Translations under genes and position numbers: made by a program
Shown: positions 54,392 through 64,000 of the stretch, piece after piece
How positions within the stretch are numbered: position 1 is the first letter of the stretch
Layout: the number at the start of each line of letters is the position of its first letter
Assembly (NCBI RefSeq): GCF_006345805.1
Contig: NC_043004.1
Coordinates: 65,658,001 to 65,722,000 of the forward strand
Direction: 5' to 3'
DNA from: Octopus sinensis
Lineage: Eukaryota
Length of the DNA stretch: 64,000 bases
The notes under the pieces: model-generated
Told to the model about the DNA's origin: nothing
Seen by the model: the letters and a program-made list of their open reading frames with translations, nothing else
The model's database searches: none

Positions 54392-55050
54392 ATTCTCAAG
54401 AAAGTTCTTGCGGTTTTTAACCTTTAAATTCAGATGCACGTATCTTGGCTCAAAAAAAACTTTATTAATCAAATAAACACCATCAGAATCAACACACTTT
54501 TGCCAACGCAAAACAAGTTTATTTATGCTAGTAGCGTAAAATCCTGCGCTCTGGTGGCGATGAAATCGCTGAAGGCATGTTTGGTATCGTCTTGGTTTTT
54601 GAAGTATTTCTCACGCAGGAAGTTGTCGAGATGTTTGAAAAAGCGGTATTCGGTAGGCGAGAGGTCTGGTAAGTATGGCGGATGAAGCAGAGATTCGTAA
54701 CCCAATTCGTTCAACTTCTGCAGGGTCAGTTGTGCGACGTGCGGTCGAGAGTTATCGTGGAGAAGAATTGATCCTTTTCTCTTGACCAATGCTGAATGTT
54801 GTTGTCGGGGTTTCTTATGCATTTCATCCATTGCTGACAGTACTTCTCCGCAGTAATGGTTTCGTATTAAGCTGTGATCGATGAGAACAACCGAAGACCA
54901 CCAAACAATCACCATGACATTGTGGTGGTGCAAATGTGGCTTCACAAAGAACCGTGGAGCTTCGTCGGCGTCCGACCATTGAGCTGAGCGTCGCCGGTTG
55001 TCGTAAAGAATCAACTTTTCATCGCAAGTCACACACCGGTCGAGAAAACG
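54392..55050 (-). pseudogene. mariner transposase 3' fragment, copy 2
   Basis: Same motifs within ORF 54523..55182, whose N-terminus is only translated (TA)n. Confidence 0.9.
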
Positions 55051-55060
55051 TATATATATA

Positions 55061-55107
<47 letters not shown>

Positions 55108-55736
55108 AAGCGATAGACGGAAGGAGAGAAAGGGAGGCCTTGTTAGGTCGTTCTTGTTAAGTAAAAGAAGGGAAGACGACATTTCAAAACAGCGTTTTTA
55201 TTTTTGTCATTCAAATCGTGCAGCACCCATTTCTCAAGTATCTTTGCTTTTCCAATCTCTTTCAAGTGGTTGGAAATTGTCGTATACAGAACAGGTGGAG
55301 GAATGAAGAAAGGGAAAGAGAATGATTTTCACGGGAGTTTAGTAAACTAGAGATAACACTCGCAACCAAAGAAAAAGATATAGGTATTAAAATGCGCGAA
55401 CCCAGTTTCAGGGTTCAACCTCAAAGTGTGGTGCTTTGGCTAAATGTCTTTTAATATACCATCGACTGTCCGAAGCCTTGTCAGTTCATTTCGTAGAAGG
55501 AAACACTGAAAGAAGCCCGTCGTGTATATATATATATATATATATATATACAAAATTAGAGAATGGAGAAACATACTTAAATCAATAAAACATCAACTAT
55601 CCGATGATACCCAATCAATACTTTAATACACCATTACATATGAGTAAAGGCATTATATAAAATGAGATATACAGTAATAGTAAAAAGATAAAGAGATATA
55701 AGTAAAAAATTTTCAAATATAATATGCAATTAAATC

Positions 55737-55851
55737 AAAACTGACAGCTGTTTCGGCAGTGAGGGCAGTCATACCTCATTTAACCTCTAAGCCATAAAGG
55801 CAGGTATAAATGAGGCATTAACAAGGATGCCCCACGGCTCTTCAGAGAATT
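55737..55851 (-). ncRNA. hammerhead ribozyme with extended stem II in a Penelope-like terminal fragment
   Basis: Minus strand: CTGAAGA (55845-55839), gccgtggggca...tgccctcactgcc stem II with an inner 12-bp hairpin, GAAA-c(agct)g-TC. Stem I is weak (ct/ag). Confidence 0.6.
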
Positions 55852-56236
55852 AAATTAAATTTGTTATAATTGTGAAAAATATAATATAACCATATACATA
55901 TAAATATAAAAATATAAAAATGTAAAATATAAAAAATATAAAAACTTATACATCATAATGCTACACTTATATAATATAATACTTATTGGTACAATAAAGG
56001 AAGGTAAACAGAACAAAATAAAACAAAATATATATCAGTGTATATACTAATATTAATAAGTACCGACATTATACATATTTGGCTAATAGTTTTTTTTAAA
56101 AAAACTAACACATAGGGAGATGAAAAATAATAATTAAAACCATGGTTCAGTTCATAAAATTCTAAAGCTATGAAAGTAATAAAAATTACTATTAATATTA
56201 ATAATAATAATAATAATAAAATAATAATATATATAT

Positions 56237-56268
<32 letters not shown>

Positions 56269-58910
56269 ACACAGCAAGCGGAAATTAACAAAACCCATCA
56301 TGCGCAAAAATAGACGGCAACATAACAAACGGTAAACAGGACAAAACAAGATACACTGATCACTCGCAACCGATTTCTCCTTCTGTCCGAACCCGGGATG
56401 TCCTTGCAGTTGCGTATTTCTTTATTTCCGAGACTGCTGGAATTCGGCGAGTGCCAGGGACTTAATCTAAATCCATTAAGCCACTGGGAAAGGCAAAGGA
56501 ATATATACAAGAACGAAAACAGGAACGGATGTTTCCTTTGTTTTATATATATATATAACGGGTAACTCCCTCTGTCCGCCCATAACCCCTATATCTCAGT
56601 CTACATTTGCTCTATATAGACATATGACCCTTTTGGAATCAGGATAATCTTTGGATTGAAAATCAGCCCTTCATTTTGTTCTTGAGCATTCAGCATTTGG
56701 ATTTGATTTAAAAGCATTTGGCTTGCTATTTCTAGCAGATAAAACTTGGATGATTTGCGCTGTCTTGACCGACGTTTGTTAGATGACATCAGAAATCAAG
56801 GGGGAGATAAAGGACATTCTCTTCGTTAATTTTACGCCGAGATAAGAACTTTGGGATTCATTGACCAACAGCTGAAATTCAACGTGGGACTGGAACAATA
56901 GAATGATTGCAGTACAGAATTGATTCTCATCTGTCCTTCACCTCTGAACAAACACCACCGGGCCATATAGTCATTATAGATGTATTATAGTCATGCTATT
57001 TAGCTCCCTTTAGTTTTGGGCCACAAGCCTAATTAGCCCTCCGCGCGAGCTAGCATGTATATGTGTGTATAAGTGGGTGCATATTTGTGTGGCTTTGTGT
57101 TTATGTTTTTCCAACACCACCGCTTGACGTTGAGTGTTGGTGAGTTTACCCTACCGTAAGTTAGTGATTAGGAAAGATGGGCGATAAAATAATCACCAGG
57201 CTTAAAAAAAAAAGAGAGTTCTGGGGTCGATTCATTTCACTAAACATTCGTCAAAGTAGTTCCCCAGCATGACTGTAGTCAAATGAGTGTAACCAGTAAA
57301 AGGTGAATTATAAAATATAAATTTCTCTGCGTGTATAAATGTGAGTGAGTCAATGTTTGAGAATTGCTTCTGTAAGATTAAATGGCAGGCATCGTAGAAA
57401 ATTAAAGGTACAACAGAGGAAATCTAGAATTGGAGTAGCAAATAAACAGACGGCAGGCTTTAGAACAGAATAACCAAGTTTGTGCGTATTGAATGGTTGT
57501 CTATATAAATATCTACGCACGCCCAGACACACACAAGCAACGCACACATATATACGCATATATACACAAGCAATGCACACACACATACGTACATAAACAC
57601 CCACAGCCACACACACACACACAAGCACGCGCACATACATTCACAGACATATTCATAGATATCGATACATACTCATAATTATGTATATATTAATGTGTTT
57701 TTATCTCTCTCTCTCTCTCTCTCTCAATCTATCTATCTATCATCTATCTATCTATTTATCTCTCTATCTACACACACACGCATAGATATATGAAGGCTGC
57801 CACTTCGAGAAATGGCGTCGATTGATTACACTCTTAAAACAATGCAGACGTATTTTTTTCAATTTTGCCTGATAGCTGCATTCTTTTGCATAAATGTGTT
57901 AAGAACGATCATCTATTGTGGTAGATGTTCAGAAAGCTTACATCCCACGCTGTTACAAGCCTTCATTCTATCGTAGAATTTTTCATTGAGTGTTTTGTCT
58001 CTCTCGGCTACAGCTATCCATAGTATGCAAAGCAATATAGAAATGTTAAAAAGCAAGCATTCAAACAATACCTACGTCTGAAGGCATTTTTCGGTAGGAA
58101 AGTACTTGTACTAGATGGAACCCACTTTCTAAACTAATCTGTTTCATTTGATGCAAACAAATTTGCAGGAGTTAAATGAAAGACTCCTACTAACAGAGGT
58201 TCCGTAATTTCAGCTGGCGGATTGCCCTTATCTCTTCTGTGTGCTTATTCATCCTTTGATGATTTTTCTTATTTGCTCAGCAGGATGTCAAATGAAAACC
58301 ACCTTCCTTATATAATATGCTTTGTACGTTTGCCAGTTTAGTCGTCAACGACCAGACCAAGAGACAGATTTTATTGAGTTACATTTTATCGAGCTCCAGT
58401 GAATGCGCGTTTGTAGAATCTATGGGTGAACGGAATTTCAGTTAGTCATATAAAGTTTATTGTTTCACTCTACAAGACACAAAATTGCACGTCAGAAGAA
58501 TGGGTAAACAGTGAAGATAATCAATGCAATTATTAATAATATATAACAGAAAGCCGTATTGAATACTCCTACTAGAAACGTTCCGTTTGTCGGCACTAGA
58601 TTTGTGAGCAACTGTATACTCTTTATAAAAAGTAGCATTTTTAATTAAAGGGAATACATATAAAATTTAAGCTTTATCCGGAGACTCTTATAAGGTTTCC
58701 GAACATTTTTGGAGCACTAATTTTAATACTTAAAGCAAATAGACAATACGAAAACATAAACAAATACAAATCCCGGTGACATTACTTTAAATACCTATGG
58801 TGTAGAAAATTGACACGTACGCAACATTCCCCCACACAGAAACACACACACTCGCCCCTCCACACACGCATGATAAGATGAGAACTAAAAATATGATATC
58901 TTTCATATAT

Positions 58911-58981
<71 letters not shown>

Positions 58982-59238
58982 ATGTATGTATGTATGTATG
59001 TATGGATGAATGGATGTGTGTGTGTGTGTGTGTGTTATGAAGGAGGAGCAAAAAGATTTCTATTTTCAGACGATTGTCGTATAGGTTTCCTCAGATCCAT
59101 TACCTGGATTTGATTTGAATGTAGGATCAGAAATTGAACATGGATACCTGTATAGGTATGTATATATGTGCGTGTGTGTTTGTGGGAGGGATGTATATAT
59201 GTATTTTATATATATATACTTATTACATGTATTATATA

Positions 59239-59650
59239 TAGGCGCAGGCGTGGCTATGTGGTAAGTAGCTTGTTTACTAACCACATGGTTCCGGGTTCAT
59301 TCTCAGTGCGTGGCACCTTGGGCAAGTGTCTTCTACTATAGCCTCGGGCCGACCAAAGCCTTGTGAGTGGATTTAGTAGACGGAAACTGAAAGAAGCCCG
59401 TCGTATATATGTATATATATATATGTATGCGTGTCTATGTTTGTGTGTTTGTGTTTGTCCCCTTAGCATTGCTTGACAGCCGATGCTGGTGTGTTTATAT
59501 CCCCGTTACTTAGCGGTTCGGCAAAAGAGACCGATAGAATAAGTACTGGGCTTACAAAAGAATAAGTCCCAGGGTCGATTAAAGGCGGTGCTCCAGCATG
59601 GCCGCAGTCAAATGACTGAAACAAGTAATAGTGTTATAGAGTAATAGAGT
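59239..59650 (+). mobile_element. SINE family A, full length
   Basis: Head ggcgcaggcgtggctatgtggtaag through tail aaacaagtaatag. Confidence 0.9.
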
Positions 59651-59879
59651 ATATATACATATTATATATAGTATATATATATAATATATATATATATATG
59701 TTATATATATATTATATATATAAATATATATTATATTATTGTTTTACTCGTTTCAGCCAAGCGGTTGTGGTCATGCTGGAGCACCACCACGGTTTTCTGA
59801 CTTCCTCAGTCTGAGTATTTCACATCACCACTCCTGTATGTGCCTTTTCCCCAGTTGTTTGTACATTTGGTATACAACT

Positions 59880-60160
59880 GAGTTTGATTCGGCTGCCTCG
59901 CCTGTACCTCATGTCAGACAGCTGGTTCATATGTTATTGCGTAGAGGAGGATGTCTAGTTCAAGTTTGAAGACATCTACTTCCACTTTGTGCAAATTTCT
60001 TAGTTTTTTTTTTTTTTTGTAGCAGGCAACTGAAGAGCTGTAGGCCTTTGAAGTATAGACTATTGCAATAGCTCGTCCTGAATTTGGACGGAGTGGATGG
60101 TACCTTTGGTACAATACAATAGTGGCCAGTTCTGGCACTTGTATAACGCTCAATATGAAA
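59880..60160 (-). mobile_element. CR1/L2-group LINE ORF2 3' fragment
   Basis: Minus-strand pieces FRTSYCNSLYFKGLQLFSCL..LRNLHKVEVDVFKLELDILL resemble the CR1-type C-terminus (NSxxxRGPxLFNxLP..VDxFKxxLD). Confidence 0.65.
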
Positions 60161-60190
60161 GTTAGGTACTAGCCCCTCAAGGATGTTATA

Positions 60191-60247
<57 letters not shown>

Positions 60248-60262
60248 TACACATATGATATA

Positions 60263-60313
<51 letters not shown>

Positions 60314-60591
60314 TGTGTGCGTGCGCGTGTGTGCATATAATAACGTATTTTTATCTATTTTATAGATATTTTCTTTATATAGCAAAAGACACCCATATCC
60401 ATACACAAGCTAACGCGCGCACAAATACACAGCAGCAGCAACAACAACAACAACAACAACACACATATCATTAAATAAATATATAATTTGTTATAGATAT
60501 ATAACGCAATTAAAAAAAAACAGAATGGGTGCGAAGTGAAAAATGAATATTGATGAACAAGGCAGATGTAGGTATGTTTAAAGAAATTAAG

Positions 60592-61426
60592 GGATCTTTT
60601 CCTTTTGAACGGCACTTTGTAACATAATTTCTAGGTAACTAAACAGTTTTAAACTTCGTATACTGGTAGAATGCGTTTATAAAACATCATTTTTCTTGGC
60701 TTTATTGAGAAAATTCTATAGGTTGTAAGATATTTCGTCTTTAATTTCGAGCATTTCGGCAATTTTAACCAATCATTGACGTCCATTTAGGTAAATAACA
60801 TTCTGTGCATAATGAATATGTCCCTCCTTTAAGAAACAGATTGGGTTTATTTACATTTGTGAAGAAAAAAGATACCCTTCCCCCACCCCTAACCCTAACT
60901 AACCCTAACTCACCCTAACTCTAACCCTAAATCTTAAATAGATTGAAATCCAATAGATCGATACTAGGTTTATAATTATGGGTGACAATTTCATATGACA
61001 CCGCAACGGAAAATGGGATTTTTTCTAGCGGTGTCAAATGAAAATGTCACCCAGAATTATGGCCCTAGTATCGATCTATTGCATTTCAATCTATTTTAGA
61101 TTTAGGGTTAGTTAGGGTTAAGTTTAGGGTTAGGGGAAGGGTATCTTTTTTCTTCACAAATGTAAATAAACCCAATCTGTTTTTTAAAGGAGGGACATAT
61201 TCATTATGCATAGAATGTTATTTACCTAAATGGACGTCAGTGATTGGTTAAAATTTGCGAAATGCTCGAAATTAAAGACGAAATATCTTACAACCTATAG
61301 AATTTTCTCAATAAAGCCAAGAGAAAATGATGTTTTATTAACACATTCTACCAGTATACGAAGTTTTAAAACTTTTTAGTTACCTAGAAATTATGTTACA
61401 AAGTGTCGTTCAAAAGGAAAAGATCC
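60592..61426. mobile_element. 835-bp foldback element with internal telomere-like repeats
   Basis: Arms 60592-61004 and 61028-61426 are reverse complements. ccctaa-like units at ~60886-60930; ttaggg-like units at ~61103-61136. Confidence 0.9.
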
Positions 61427-62101
61427 AAAATAAGTGTTTGAGAGTTTTCAAGAAATGTGAACAAATATGAAAATGTAGCCCAACGTTGAAAACTAAAGAG
61501 CATTTGTGTTACAGAGTGAGAAATCGAGAGAGAGAAATAGAAAGAGACAGGCAAAAGAGATAGAGTGACGGACGGAGAGAGAGGAAGAGAGAGAAGACTG
61601 TGTGAGAGAGAGGATGAGAGAAATATAGAGAGAAGATGGGGAGAGATTTGTGGTAAAGAGAGCTGTGGAGAGCGACAGGTAAACATATTGAGGTACGCCT
61701 GAATGTTTGTCTCTGTTTATGCTTGTGCATGTGAAATAATGTGTGTGTGTGAGGGAGAGAGAATGAGAGAGAGACGGAAATAGAAAAGGAAAAGTTAAAA
61801 AGTGGAAGAAGGAAGAAAAAACGATACAGATGTGGTTGACTTGAAATAAAATCATGAGTTCACCAAACAACTCACGTTAATCTGACAGCTAAATTTTCAA
61901 GTGTGCTGTACGCAAAGTCAAACATTTGAAAAAACCTCGTGCTTATAGTGACGTCGCGAAATATATTATTACGTAAGGGTTAACCGAGAAAACCTTTAGG
62001 AGACTATGATTATATGTTCAGATTGTCGAATGTCAATGAGTACAATTATTAAAAGCCTAAAATTTAGGGTGCTTACCCTTCCACTTTGCTGTATTTTGGG
62101 A

Positions 62102-62203
62102 TGGTCATTTTGTATATTATTATTTTTTGCCAAATAAACACGCGCATTCTTATAGTGTGTATGTTTATTTGGTAAAAAAATAAATAATTAAATAAAATGA
62201 CCA
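62102..62203. repeat. short palindrome related to the 39147-39559 MITE ends
   Basis: tggtcatttt...gccaaataaacac / gtttatttggtaaaa...aaaatgacca. Confidence 0.6.
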
Positions 62204-62209
62204 AATTGT

Positions 62210-62246
62210 AGGCGTAGGAGTGGCTCTGTGGTAAGTAGCTCGCTTA
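62210..62246 (+). mobile_element. SINE family A head, truncated
   Basis: aggcgtaggagtggctctgtggtaagtagctcgctta, then an abrupt switch to unrelated sequence. Confidence 0.8.
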
Positions 62247-62949
62247 TGCATTCGTGTTTGTTAGTTACTTCCGTGAAAGACGTGCTGTGAAGCTGCCCTG
62301 ATAAATTGCAAAATTTGACGTACAATCAAAGGCATTTGTCCTTTTGGGAGGTTAGTAGGAATTGAATTATTTTTTTTCGAAAAAGGGTCTCCACTGGGTT
62401 CCCGGCATTTGTTTGCTAGTGGTCATACAAAAAGTCTCACTTTATAGAGAGAATTGTGTTTGTTTAAGGTGGGCATATCCTCTCTAGAAAATTTTTGTTG
62501 TGAAAATTGTCTCTGCCAAGAAATTACACTTTTTAACAAGTGTATATTTTTACAACAACATTTACCATTATTGGAAAACTGTATTTTAAGTGTTAACATG
62601 AAGTGAATTTTTTTTTTCTCTTTGTGAGAAGTATAGTTTGGTGACGTATCCTGTCACCAAAAGCCGTTTGCTGTTTGTAAATAGTGTGCATTTTACAACT
62701 ACATTGGAAAGCTGTATTTCAAGTGGAGCAGTCCATGTTCTAATTGGAGTACCATAGGGCTTGGTGTACCTAAATGCCCAAAAGATTTTTTTTGCTGTGT
62801 CTTTTTTTTAACTGTTGCTTTCTTCTTCTATTATGACTTATTTATTGAACTATTTGCTTTTTCTTCTTCCATTTTTTTCCCTTTTGAATTCTCTCTTTCC
62901 TTTTTTGTGAACTATTGTTTTGGACTGTTTTATTTTTTTAATTTAAAAC

Positions 62950-64000
62950 ATGGTAAAAAAATACGGATAAGATTGTAGAGTGGGAGTTTGTCCCACCTAA
63001 GGACTGGCTCAGACAACAAGAAGAGAGGACGGCGGTGTTGAGAACGTTTTCGAACGTTCTCGACACAATTATCGTCTTCCCTAAGCAGATGATTGAGCAG
63101 GAGTTGGCGGAACATCTGCCAACCATTAACTATATCTCTAGGGGAGTCAAACATGCAACGGTGTGGTTGCTGACATACCAGAGGAGGCTTGCAGTTTTGC
63201 GAGCCAGCCAGTTGATGGTAAAGAAATCCTGTTTCTTCCCACTTGTGAGGAAAAATTGAGGAGGGCCTTGTTTTGTGGTTTGTCACCCGGAATTGAACCC
63301 CAGTGGATAGAGGATACTATCCGTCGCGGTCTGGGTGGCAGCGGAGCCAGGCTCCTCAATGTGAAAATTATTCCTGCATAACCATGAATCTGGTTATGCT
63401 AGATTTTTTAAAATGGCCGGGTGGAGGTACCCAGTGAACCTTGAGGGTCGCCCCTCCCCAGGTGTCCTCGGTGTCTGGAGCCTGACCATATAAAGAAGAA
63501 CTGTCCTCGGGAACAAGACGGAGTCCTGGAGCAGTCAATTGAGACCTCTGTAGAAGAGGGAACGAAAGCGGCTGAGGAGACGGAGGGCTCTCCAGGGAAG
63601 GGCCGCAAGAGGAAGAAGGTGAGCAACAATGGGTGCTCACCTGGGGATGATTGAGGGGTGGTGAATCTCCCGGTCACGGAGGAGACGCACCCTCCCTCAG
63701 TTGAGAAGAAAACAAAGATGAAGAGGAAGAGAAACAGGACATTGCCGGCAGTCGGTGACATAGCACCGGAATGTCCCAGGACCATGCCGGTAGGGGTTGT
63801 GCCACCGACAGGGGAAGAGACACCACTGGGGGGAATTGTGCCACCAACGGTAGAAGTGACTACCTCGAACCCAGAGGAAGAGGAACTATTAGTCTTCTAC
63901 AGAGGCGGCGAGGTAGAAGAGGTGGTGGAAAAACACCATAATGGAGTACATTTAACCTTCACACAGGATCCCGAATGGCCTCGGCATATAGCTGTACAGG
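62950..64000 (+). pseudogene. second Tx1-like LINE ORF1 (degraded; element starts ~62247 and runs off the window)
   Basis: Frameshifted reading aligns by eye with the 46950 ORF1 (LFLPTCEEKLRRALFCGLSPGIEPQWI vs TMTPSYLGQKVTKVIISGVPQVTTTLWI; NLEGR vs VVEGR). CCHC knuckle CPRCLEPDHIKKNC at 63463-63504. Confidence 0.8.

Larger units (their letters stand above)
53103..55050. repeat. tandem duplication of a ~945-bp unit (Tigger-like MITE plus mariner fragment)
   Basis: Copies at 53103-54047 and 54105-55050 are separated and flanked by (TA)n. By eye, about 4 substitutions and 3 one-base indels. Confidence 0.95.

Noticed and set aside
58075-58120. CTGAAGG...GAAAgtacttgtacTA hammerhead-like string
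   Set aside because: A9 is substituted and there is no credible stem I or II.
60886-61136. True telomere or interstitial telomere fusion site
   Set aside because: The repeats are short, degenerate and embedded symmetrically within a foldback element.

Overview
This is an AT-rich eukaryotic window saturated with microsatellites. It is probably from an octopus or related coleoid cephalopod (inference from the SINE families and the (TA)n/(CA)n/(TATC)n load). I could not identify any host protein-coding gene, and almost all short ORFs in the track are translations of microsatellites. The main recognisable content is: a near full-length Tx1/L1-clade LINE (46728-53007: ORF1 with a CCHC knuckle; ORF2 with APE endonuclease, RT and C-terminal zinc finger, broken only by small frameshifts) sitting in a TATC repeat; the 5' part of a second, diverged Tx1-like element (about 62247 to the end); fragments of RTE, CR1 and Penelope-like retroelements; a duplicated mariner transposase fragment; three tRNA-derived SINE families; and several foldback/MITE elements. 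The least expected signals are dispersed minimal type I hammerhead ribozymes with palindromic stem III (two with intact cores), SINE multimers flanked by single target-site duplications, an 835-bp hairpin element carrying telomere-like repeats, and tandem duplications with breakpoints in (TA)n tracts.
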